This document shows, in pieces, positions 1 through 10,329 of a DNA stretch of 64,000 nucleotides. This DNA is from Octopus sinensis (taxonomy: Eukaryota). The translations under genes were made by a program, and so were the position numbers. The notes under the pieces were generated by a model. It did not search any database. It was not told where the DNA came from and worked only from the letters and a program-made list of their open reading frames with translations. The stretch spans positions 29,202,001-29,266,000 of the forward strand of contig NC_043018.1 in the NCBI RefSeq assembly GCF_006345805.1, read 5' to 3'. The first letter of the stretch is position 1. The number at the start of each line of letters is the position of its first letter.

Positions 1-420
1 ATGGTGATGATGATGATGGTGGTGGTGGTGGTGGTCGTGGTGACGATAATGTTGATCATGTTGATGATGATGATGATGAAGGTGGTGTTGATGGTGGTGG
101 TGGTGGTGATGATGATGTTGATGATGGTGATGATGATGATGAAGATGATGATCATGACGTTGATGATGATGGTGACGATGATGATGAGGAGGAGGACGAC
201 GACGACGACGATGACGATGATGATGAGGAAGATGATGATGGTAACGATGTCACCTAGATGTCACTATGTTCCTGTTGTTGTTATTATCGTATTAATGTTG
301 CTGCTTTCGTTTTTATAGTTGCTGTTGCTGTCGTTGTTGTCATTGTTGTTATTGCTTTCTATATGTCGCTCTTGTTGTTGTTGTTGTTGCTGTTGTTATT
401 GTTGTAAATCTTCCTATAAT
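1..420. repeat. Degenerate trinucleotide microsatellite (ATG/GTG/TTG)n
   Basis: Continuous atg/gtg/acg/ttg triplets; explains the poly-M/V ORF 1..318. Confidence 0.95.
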
Positions 421-559
421 GCTATTGTCAAGTTTGATACAGGACGCGGGTGGGGGCAGATAGAGAAGAATTTTAATGCGAACGAACAATACAAAAAATA
501 GATAATGGTATCTGAAAATATTGCCTATTTGAAATATACACAGGGGTGATGTTTAAACT

Positions 560-660
560 ATACGGTAGAGAGGCGAACAAAACGACATGTCATGTTTAGT
601 GGCATCTTTCCTTTCTACGACCCGAGTTCAAATTCCGCTGGGGGACAATCTGTGTTTTTA
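560..660 (+). mobile_element. SINE family C, degenerate fragment
   Basis: Contains the ctacgacccgagttcaaattccgctgggg motif, matching family C cgttctgagttcaaattccgccgagg. Confidence 0.5.
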
Positions 661-859
661 TTTATTTCATTTTTTTTTTTTCGCTTTACATAACTTTTGG
701 TTGTGGTTGTGTTGGTTTCTTTGAGAATGTATAGTATAAAGTAGCATTGATTTTGCTTAGAAAAAAATTCCGTATCATTCTATTTTGTGTTCCGAAAAAA
801 TCGTGGCATTGTATCAAGTTGGAAATTTATGTCTAACATACATTTTGTCGTCTTCTTCA

Positions 860-1485
860 TCGTTAGCATCTTTACTCATCGTCATCGTCACCATCATCAT
901 CATCATCATCATCATCATCGTCGTCGTCGTCATCATCACCGTCACCTGGCTGCGAGCACCGACAACATTACATTGCCACCACAAGCACCATCATGATCAT
1001 GATCATCATCATACAAAATCATCATCATTATCATCATCACCATCATCATCGCCAACACCACCATCACCATCCTCATAATCATCATCATAGGGATCATAAT
1101 CATCATACGCCATCATCATTATCATCGTGATCGTCATCATCATCATAACCCATCATCATCTTACCCCATCGTGATCATCGTCATCGTAATCATCATAACC
1201 CTCACCACTATCTGCCTTTTTATTATCATTATCATCATCCTTGTCATCATCATCGTCGTCGTTGTCATCGCCGTCATCATTATCATCATCATCATCATCA
1301 TCATCGCCATATCAGCAGCATCACCATCAACATCCTCATCATCATCATCGCTCATCTTCATCATTATCATCGCTATATCACCATCATCACCATCATCTTT
1401 ATCATCACCATCCTCCTCCTCCTCCTCCTCATCATCATCATCATCATCATCATTATCGTCATCGTCACCATCATCGGTCTTAGAG
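860..1485. repeat. (CAT)n/(CGT)n degenerate microsatellite
   Basis: catcatcat arrays; source of poly-H/I/S ORFs. Confidence 0.95.
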
Positions 1486-1794
1486 ACAGTCATACATTTG
1501 GTAACATAAACCTCTGAATGATAAACCAGGAATCATAACCGCGAACATTTCTTTGTCTTCAAGTTCAACCATTTCTCGCGATTTCTTCCGCAAATGTAAA
1601 ACGCTGAACCATTAACAATGTACCTCGAGGGCCTAGTGGTGGTGGTGGTGGTAGTGGTGATGCTAATGATGATTGGGATAATGGTAGTGATGTCAGTGGA
1701 ATGGTGGTGGTAATTTCTGGAGATGATGGTGTTAGCGATGCTTTTGATGTCCCTACTCTGACACGAGCATTAAATAACAACTGTCATAAGAGCG

Positions 1795-1838
1795 GCACTC
1801 GCCATCCAACAACTCGCCATCCAACAACTCGCCATCCA
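1795..1838. repeat. 15-bp tandem repeat, about 3 copies
   Basis: actcgccatccaaca repeated (translated as TRHPT repeats). Confidence 0.85.
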
Positions 1839-1839
1839 T

Positions 1840-2560
1840 TGCTGTGTTACCACCACCACCTTTCACTTTACTACCACCACCGCCACCAACACTACCATTA
1901 CCATCATCACTACCACCACCACTACCACCAACTCTACCAGCACCACCACCACCACCACTTCTATCACAACCACCAACAACCACACTACCAATACCACGAC
2001 CACTACTACCACAACCACAACCATCACCACAACCGCAACCATTACCATTACTACCACCACCACCACCAACAACAACAACACTATTGCAACTACTACCACT
2101 CCGACAGCCACCACCACCACCTTTCACATTACAACCACCACCGCAACAGCACTACCATTACCAACACCACTACATCACCTCTACCACCACCATCAAACAC
2201 TTCTATCACAACCACCACCACCAACAACACTACCAATACCACGATCACTACCACCACAACCACAACCATCACCACGACACAACCACTATCATTACTACCA
2301 CCACCACCACCAACAATACTATCACCAATACTACCACCACCACAACCACCACCATTACTTCCATCAAAACCACCACCTACAACAACACTACCAATACCAC
2401 GACCACGACCACCACCATCACCACGACCGCAACCATTACCATTACTACCACCACCAACAACAACAACAACACTATCGCCAATACTACCATCACCACAACC
2501 ACCACCACCAGTAACAACAACAGCAACAATACCACCATCGTTACCAGTACCACGACTGTA
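1840..2560. repeat. (ACC/AAC/ACT)n degenerate array with higher-order duplication
   Basis: cacttctatcacaaccacca at ~1955 and ~2198; caacactaccaataccacga recurs about 3 times. Confidence 0.9.
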
Positions 2561-2816
2561 TTCTTTAAAATATTTCTAATGAAAGTTGACAACTCCATAT
2601 TACAGCATTGATCTTCTCATCAAATTCCACAGATATTCTCTCTTATATCAATTCGTCCATTCTTTGATTCCTGTTTTCTTCCATACTTCCAAACGTTCAT
2701 TGACTCTGGTGCGTTGTAACAAACACTGAATATCACTTCATCACATTCCTTCCCTCCCTCTCTCTCTCTCTTCATCTCTTTCTCTCTCCCTCTCCCTCTC
2801 CCTCTTTCTCTTTCAC

Positions 2817-2972
2817 AGGCATGGCTGTGTGGTAAGAAGTTTGCTTCCCAACCATATGATTCCGGGTTCAGCCCCACTGTGTGGTATACTTGGGCAAGTG
2901 TCTTTCACAATAGCCTCCGGCCGACCAGAGCTGTGTTAGCGGATTTGGTAAACAGAAACTGAAAGAAGCCCG

Positions 2973-3051
<79 letters not shown>

Positions 3052-3260
3052 TATACGTATATGTATTTATGTGTGGGTTTGTGTGTCTGTGCCTGTGTTT
3101 GTCCCCCACCATCGCTTGACAGCTGATAGAATAAGTACTAGGTTTACAAAGAATCAGTCCTGGGGGCGATTTCTTCGACTAAAAACCCCTTTAAGTCAGT
3201 GCTCCAGCATGGCCGCAGTCCAATGACTGGAACATATAAAACAGTAAAAGGATAAAAGAA
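2817..3260 (+). mobile_element. SINE family A (tRNA-like head, CORE-like body, internal (CA)n, CR1-like 3' tail)
   Basis: Head ggcatggctgtgtggtaagaag...gggttcag; cttgggcaagtgtc; tail gtgctccagcatggccgcagtccaatgactg. Confidence 0.9.
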
Positions 3261-3270
3261 TATCTAATGA

Positions 3271-3595
3271 AGGCGCTTGGCTCAGTGGTTTCGGTATTCG
3301 GCTGACGAGCATAGGGTCGTGAGTTCGTTTGCTGGCGGCCAATTCTGTCCTTCAGCAAGACAACATTTCCCGTTGCCCCATTTCACTCAAGTGACAAAAG
3401 TGAATAGCACCTGTATTCAAAATGATTAGTTTTGTCACATTCCGTGCCCCGATGAATATCTCTGAGAAGTAATGGAATTAAGCATGCATGTGTCTGTGGT
3501 GTACTCAGCCACTTGCATGTTGATTTTACGAGCTGGATGTTACGTTGATCGGATCAACTGGAACCCTGATCGTCGTAACCAACCAAGTGCCAGTT
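3271..3595 (+). mobile_element. SINE family B (tRNA-like head, CORE-like domain)
   Basis: A-box-like tggctcagtgg, B-box-like gagttcg, gtccttcagcaagac; tail ggatcaactggaaccctgatcgtcgtaacc. Confidence 0.8.
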
Positions 3596-3769
3596 TCTGT
3601 ACTCCTTTGATAGTTTCAGTCCAAGGGCTGTGGCTATACTGGGGCACTGCGGTTTGCTTTGCTAAACTTTCACTAAATCTCCTCCGATGTATGACATTTG
3701 GTGTCTTCATCTGTATTTCTTGCTTTGAGGTGGGTTCATCCAGAACTCTTAATATTCTTTTCTACTCTT

Positions 3770-4115
3770 TGGGGGAGGGGGCCAGTGAATTAGATCGATC
3801 CCAGTACGCAACTGGTACTTAATTTATCAATGCCGAAAGGATGAAAAGCAAAGCCGACCTTGGCGGAATTTGAACTCAGAACATGAAAACAAACGAAATG
3901 CCTATTTCTTTACTACCCAAAAAGGGGCTAAAAACAGAGAGGACAAACAAGGACATACAAACAGATTAAGTCGATTATATCGACCTCAGTGCGTAACTGG
4001 TACTTAATTTATCGACCCCGAAAGGATGAAAGGCAAAGTCGACCTCGGCGGAATTTGAACACAGAACGTAGCGGCAGACGAAATACCGCAAAGCATTCTG
4101 CCTGGCATGCTAGAA
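3770..4115 (-). mobile_element. SINE family C, internally dimeric
   Basis: Two copies of ggcggaatttgaac.cagaac and gtacttaatttatc; reverse complement of gcctttcatcctttcggggtcgataaattaagtaccag (resembles the Meta-SINE domain, from memory). Confidence 0.88.
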
Positions 4116-4174
4116 CTCCTTATATTAGGAGATCCAGTTTTGTGTGGAAACGTACATATGTGTATGTATGTGTG

Positions 4175-4178
4175 TGTG

Positions 4179-4255
<77 letters not shown>
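4175..4255. repeat. (TA)n microsatellite
   Basis: Direct observation. Confidence 0.95.
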
Positions 4256-4555
4256 GGCACAATGGCACAATGGCAGTGGACTTGCGATGGTAGGATCACG
4301 GTTTCGATTCCTACACAAGGCATTGTGAGTGTTTATTGAGCAGAACACCTAAAAGCTCCACGAAGCTCCGACAGGAGATGGTGGCGAACCCTACTGTACT
4401 CTCTCACCACAACGTTATCTCCTGTTTCTGTTGTACCTGTATTTCAAGGGTCAGCCTTGTCACATTCTGTCTCACGCTGAATCTCCTCGAGAACTATGTT
4501 AGGAATACAGGTGTCTGTGGAGAGCTCAGCCCCTTTCACGTTAATTTCACGTTTA
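4256..4555 (+). mobile_element. SINE with family D head and family B-type tail
   Basis: ggtttcgattcc...gtgtttattgagcagaacacctaaaagctccacg head, then gtacctgtatttcaagggtcagccttgtcac tail as at ~17965. Confidence 0.78.
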
Positions 4556-4649
4556 TATTATCAAAATTCTGTACCCTATATCAAATTTCAAATCAACTTT
4601 GCTTGACCAAGTGCACGGTAGATAGTTACAAATGTGAAAAAGATCGCAA

Positions 4650-4760
4650 ATTCACGTGAGATGCAAAGATTTTGCTAAAGAGCGCAAAGTATCGTCACAT
4701 CTGGGAATCGAAACCACCATCTCCAGATCGAAAGAGCAACAACCTAACTACTACGTCGCG
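4650..4760 (-). mobile_element. SINE head fragment (family B/D-like)
   Basis: ctgggaatcgaaacc...aacctaactact, the reverse complement of a tRNA-like head. Confidence 0.5.
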
Positions 4761-5004
4761 AAAATAAGCTTTGCTATCAAACGCAATTTTATAACTAATT
4801 CAGAATTTTAACACAGCAGTGTAGTTTTTATTTATGGATATAAGATTACGTACTATATGCATATTTCATGTAGACTCGTGCCCACGCGCACCCAGTCAAC
4901 CAAGTATAATGTGTGTATGCGCGTATGTGCGTATGTGTGGGTCTGAGTGTCGAGTGGCTCTGCATGTATATGTATGTGCTGACATATCTACATGCTTAGA
5001 AGAT

Positions 5005-5023
5005 GCATTATATATATATTATA

Positions 5024-5082
<59 letters not shown>

Positions 5083-5152
5083 CAGTATATATGTATACAT
5101 ATATTCATACATATGATTGCATATACATATATATGTATAAGTATTTGTTGGC

Positions 5153-5214
<62 letters not shown>

Positions 5215-5225
5215 TAAATTATATA
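5005..5225. repeat. (TA)n-rich microsatellite
   Basis: Direct observation; source of YIYI ORFs. Confidence 0.95.
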
Positions 5226-5779
5226 ATATATGTGCGTATAACATTCACACTCACTTGTACAATTATTTGCTAAACCAATTATACTAGTAATTAATTCTTA
5301 TGTGTGCAATACGTATAAATCATTTCTCAAATATATTAAATCTTTCTACTTATTTATTTACCCAGTTTTGTGTATTATTATATTATTTCATCCGCACATC
5401 AGCATATCATGTGAGCGCGATTGCCTTTGTGCCTCAACGAATGTATATATATATATATAATCATATATGTACATGTGAATGTATATAAATATTTATATAT
5501 ACATACATATATAAATATAAATACAAATCCGAATATATATGTGTGTGTGTGAGTGCATATTTCTATATTTGTGTGTATACATATTAACACATACAAATAT
5601 ATATATATATGTACATATATTTGTATGTGTAAAAATGTGTACACACACATACGTATCTATGTACATAAATATATATCCACTAAAGTATACACATAAATAC
5701 ATATATGTATATATATCTATTTATGTATGAGTAAATATGTATACACATACATATATATGGATATATTGATAGATTGATT

Positions 5780-5800
5780 GATATATAGAGAGATTTATAG

Positions 5801-5899
<99 letters not shown>

Positions 5900-5915
5900 G
5901 ATAGATAGATACATA
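5780..5915. repeat. (GATA)n microsatellite
   Basis: About 30 gata units. Confidence 0.97.
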
Positions 5916-6661
5916 TATACATACATAAGTACACAAAGAAAGAGTGAGATTATTCAGAGGGGGTCTTTTTAACACTTCTGCTGAAATTTGCATATACGTG
6001 CGATATATATATATATTATTTTTATTATAATATTACATTATTTAAGTGATTTGCAAGTAAGTTCTATTATTTTATCCTCGAACATTTGTTTGTTGTTATT
6101 TTGTTATTTGTTGTTTCTTAATTTCGTTTCTCCATTTTTGTTTGTTTTGTTTTATGTTGCAGAAACATATTCAGTCGAAGATATTAGTAGAATACCTGAA
6201 CTCTGAAGAATTTCAATAATTTGATAATATATGCATCAATTCTAGACATTACACCAAAACTAATCATGTAGGTTTTCTTGGAATGGATCCAACCATTATA
6301 TTGAATATAACCATTTGAACATTTATCAATGGCACCGCGTTTAAAAATAAAAATAAAAATAGAAATATAATATAATGGTTCGCTATGCAAAAGTTTCCAC
6401 AGCATATAGAAAAACTATTGAGAAATACAGAGGAGAGAATGTCGAATGTATTGGATAACTATTGTGGTAATATATAAATGGAATTCGAATGGAACAATTG
6501 AATTTCTGGAGTAATGCAAGAATTCAATAATAGGAAATAAGCGGGTATTGATATAAAGAAACATAAGTGTGTGTGCATGCGTAAGTGTCCGTCAGGGGGT
6601 GGGGGCTATCTGGGCATGTGCCTGTGTGCTCTGTTCAAAATCACATGTCAGTAACTCTCAG

Positions 6662-6970
6662 CCTGTCGGTGACGACGACGAGGGTTCCAGTTGATCTGAT
6701 TAACGAAATAGCCTGCTCGTGAAATTAACATTCAAGTGGCTGAGTGCGCCATAGAAAACGGCTGTACTCTTAACGTATTTCTCCAAGAGATTCAGTGTGA
6801 CACACAGAATGTGACAAAGCTGGATCTTTGAATTAAAAGTATAAATCATTTTTGCCAGCTGTATCGATTGGAACAACGTGATGTAAAGTTTCTTGCTCAA
6901 AGACAGACGGGCCACCAGGAATCGAACATTCGACCTTACTACAGTGAGCCGTGAAATATAACAACTAGTG
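6662..6970 (-). mobile_element. SINE family B
   Basis: gacgacgagggttccagttgatc tail and cttgctcaaagac...caggaatcgaac head in reverse orientation. Confidence 0.8.
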
Positions 6971-7364
6971 AGAGATTCTCACAGGCTGGAGGTTTGAGAG
7001 TGAGGAATATACTTTTCGATAGAGATTTCAATATGGTACGCTGTAGTCATTTCAATAATTTCATCTGAAAATATTCGCATACCACAAGATATATTGAAAG
7101 AGACATTTAACTGGAATTCCTTAAGTCATCCATCCATCCATCGATCCATCCTCTCATCCCTACATGCATGTATGCACCCATCCATCCATCCATCCATCTA
7201 TTATATAGAGAGCATTGCTATACATAAATGCCACACGCTAGGAGGGACTCTTAAAGTCAAAACTACTAAAATACATAAAAGCATTGTACCGAAAGCGAGG
7301 GAATGCAACTCTCGAAGCTAGCCACTTAAAAACAGATTTCAGCTGCATATATATATATATATAT

Positions 7365-7610
7365 ATATTTAACTATCAGTGAAGAGGGGTCTATGTGACA
7401 TTACATTTATTAATTTATTCTATATCTTACAATTGTTTCATCAATGTGCGGTTGACCAGCTGGGGAGAGTGATTTTCTTTTTCTGCCTTTTGAGTTAACA
7501 CACACCCCGGTAAAAATTTCCACTTATTTCTTATTTTTATTTTCCTAAAATTTTCGTTGCGGCTCGCAACCTTTTCAATAGTCTTGACTCTGTCCGTTAT
7601 TTACACTGCG
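7365..7610 (-). mobile_element. Interspersed repeat next to (TA)n, possibly Penelope-like terminal segment (second family)
   Basis: Abuts (TA)n; carries hairpin gttgc-gagcc-gcaac followed by GAAA on the minus strand; class is inference only. Confidence 0.3.
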
Positions 7611-7653
7611 TTCCTCACATAAAGAATCTTGCAAACCAAATCCAGAAACGACA

Positions 7654-8042
7654 TCTATACATATAAAGCTGAAGTTGTCTGTGTGGCAGGTTTGGTAACC
7701 TTCAACTAACACTATCACCTCTGAGACCTTGAGGCGCAAGTTGACCAAACTTGAGAGTATGGTAGAAGAAGGCTTGCTCTTCATTCCGTAGTAGAAGAAA
7801 ATCCAAATCGCACCATGTTAAGACCAAAAATTATTTACATCAAAAAGGTGCTTTTTTTTCTATGAAAATCCCTATTTATTACGATTTTTTAACTGCTGTG
7901 TCGCCATTTTTCGGTGTACTTCAACCAGAAAAATGTTCACTTAAAGAGAATAACAGCTACATAATGCAAAATTTTAACTTTTCAAAATTTCGTATTCTAA
8001 AGGGTCGAAAGAAACCCGAGCAACGCCGGGCGATACTGCTAG
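7654..8042 (+). mobile_element. Non-autonomous Helitron (389 bp)
   Basis: 5' A|TCTATACATATAAAG; 3' hairpin CCCG-agcaacgc-CGGG (8015-8030) then CTAG|T; inserted in an AT dinucleotide with no TSD. Confidence 0.85.
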
Positions 8043-8497
8043 TATATTTAAATGCCTTCCTCAATAAAGAATAATTTTACCTTATGGTTCTCATGAAGCT
8101 ATACGATGTAGCACCAACAATCAAATCTGGGTGTACATTCTATGCGGCTAAATCAGTTGTAACCTAATGCAAGTATTTCCATGCCATCTATTCAGTTGTC
8201 ACTGACTTATTAATTAATATTATGCTGAGTACTTACCACTTTACGAAATACAAGTCTGCACTGGAAGACGTCAGTGATTTATTAGTACATCGTGACAGGA
8301 ATTTAGTAATACTGCGCAAAATACGCGCTTTTAATTCTAGCAACTGCTTATTGGTTCTGCTATGGTAAAGGTTTCCAGAATAATCAGGAAAGTATTAGAT
8401 AGTTGAAAAGAACTGATAGCATTATACCGTAGGCTGCAGATAGCAAGTTCGCTACGCGTGCAAGACTCCAAGAGTTCCAACAAAATTTGTTATAATA

Positions 8498-8912
8498 AGG
8501 AGGGGTAAATAGCTTGTTTACCAACCACATGGTTACGGATTCAGTTCCACTGCGTGGCACCTTGGGAAGTGTCTTCTACTATAACCTCGGGCCGACCAAA
8601 GCCTTGTGAGTGGATTTGGTAGACGGAAACTGAAAAGAAGCCCGTCGTATATATGTATATATATATATATATATATGCATGTGTGTGTTTGTGTGTTTGT
8701 GTGTCTGTGTTTGTCCCCCTAGCATTGCTTGACAACCGATGCTGGTGTGTTTATGTCCCCGTTACTTAGCGGTTCGGCAAAAGAGACCGATAGAATAAGT
8801 ACTGGGCTTACAAAAGAATAAGTCTCGGGGTCGAGTTGCTCGATTAAAGGCGGTGCTCCAGCATGGCCGCAGTCAAATGACTGAAACAAATAAAAGAGTA
8901 AAAGAGAAAGAG
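8498..8912 (+). mobile_element. SINE family A, near full length
   Basis: ccaaccacatggt...cactgcgtggcaccttgg...gaagcccgtcg(TA)n...ggcggtgctccagcatggccgcagtcaaatgactgaaac. Confidence 0.92.
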
Positions 8913-8935
8913 TGATAATAATAATAATAATAATA

Positions 8936-8980
<45 letters not shown>

Positions 8981-9085
8981 GTGATGATGATAATAATAAT
9001 AATAATAATAATAATAATATAATAATAATAATAATGATGATGATGATGATGATGATAACAACAACAGCAACAACAACAACAACAC
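8913..9085. repeat. Compound (AAT)n(GAT)n(CAA)n microsatellite
   Basis: Direct observation. Confidence 0.95.
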
Positions 9086-9909
9086 TATAAGAATTAGTGG
9101 AAATCTCAGTGAACGTGGCCTACGTGTATCTCTCCTCTTCAACGACATAATTTATCTTAAGACTTGTTTGATGCCGTCCACGTCATTTCACTTGTGATCC
9201 TTACTTTCTTCGCAGTAGCTACTTTCTAACCTCGTCTGTTGTTCTACGCTCTCGTGTCATCACTACAGAGGTGGCAGCTGAATAATTTATTGCCATGTTA
9301 TCATTATTACAATTCACATCTATTCCCATGTCCTCCTCTATACATGAGTGTGACCGCGAGAACCTTAGCTGATTGGTTATATTTTTAATTGGCATCTCTT
9401 CTCACAGTTGGTGATTACATTTGCCTTTCTCTAAATATTTTCTCTTAGAATCCGAATCGAAATCTTCTCAAATCACTTTTACCTGTCAGCTGATCAAAAT
9501 ATCTGGCGAAATCGTTTGATTATGTGATTTATTTTATGTAATTTCATAAAATGGACTAAATTTATTAAAAAATATAGCAAAATTATGGAAACTTGAGCAA
9601 GATATTTTGAACAAAAACTTCCTTTTAATTCATATTTTTATCATTATTATTTTGGTTTGGCGCAGGTTAGGACTTATTCCTGGTAGTATTTATGTGGGTA
9701 GCTGGTTACTACTTGTAACCTTACGTATCTACATGTTTACAGCTGTTATTCAAGTGCCTCCTGATAATTTTTGCTGTCCCTAAGAGACAAGCTTTCTGTA
9801 CGAGCACTACCGGGCATTCTATTTCAATCTACTCAGTCATTTGTCTATCTTTCCTTACTGTTCGAAAAGCACAATTTTCTATAGGCACGGCCTTTAATAT
9901 TCGCATGCT

Positions 9910-9979
9910 TTCTTTTTCTTTTTCTTCTTCTTCTTCTTCTTCTTCTTCTTCTTCTCTTCTTCTTCTTCTTCTTCTTCTT

Positions 9980-10047
<68 letters not shown>
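9910..10047. repeat. (TTC)n(TTA)n microsatellite
   Basis: Direct observation. Confidence 0.95.
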
Positions 10048-10048
<1 letters not shown>

Positions 10049-10166
10049 GAATGAGAGAGCAGTGCATACCACCAAAGTGGCATTGGGTTAAAATATACAA
10101 TGCCCCTAATAACCATCATGGCTACCCGTCTGATGAGGGTACGCCTGGTACATGCATCAGCACCAT
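10048..10166 (-). mobile_element. 3' fragment of the (AAT)n-associated ~550-bp element
   Basis: gagagagcagtgcataccaccaaagtg...acccgtctgatgagggtac matches 55871 onward; ends in (AAT)n. Confidence 0.8.
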
Positions 10167-10329
10167 TAGTCGATCCCAGGACTTATTCTTTGTAAACCTA
10201 GTACTTATTCTATCAATCTCTTTTGCCGAACTTCAAAGTTACGGGAACGTAAACACACCAGCATCGGTTGTCAAGCGATGTTGGGAGGAAAAACATAGAC
10301 ACACAAACGTATACACACATACATATATA
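10167..10329 (-). mobile_element. SINE family A, 3' half (split by LINE)
   Basis: ggacttattctttgtaaac...cagcatcggttgtcaagc...; continues at 12177. Confidence 0.88.

Noticed and set aside
1-2611. Long ORFs (up to 292 aa) rich in M/V/H/P/T
   Set aside because: They are translations of stop-free triplet microsatellites, open in several frames on both strands, with no domain content
4992-5993. YIYI/LSIY ORFs here and throughout the window
   Set aside because: Products of (TA)n, (GATA)n and (CATA)n repeats
8237-8365. Possible minus-strand exon ending at GTAAGT (RTNKQLLELKARILRS...)
   Set aside because: Weak acceptor, unrecognised peptide, no partner exon; compatible with chance
10115-10150. ctgatgag in the (AAT)n-associated element as a hammerhead core
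   Set aside because: No stem II-GAAA follows, and other copies read ctgataag
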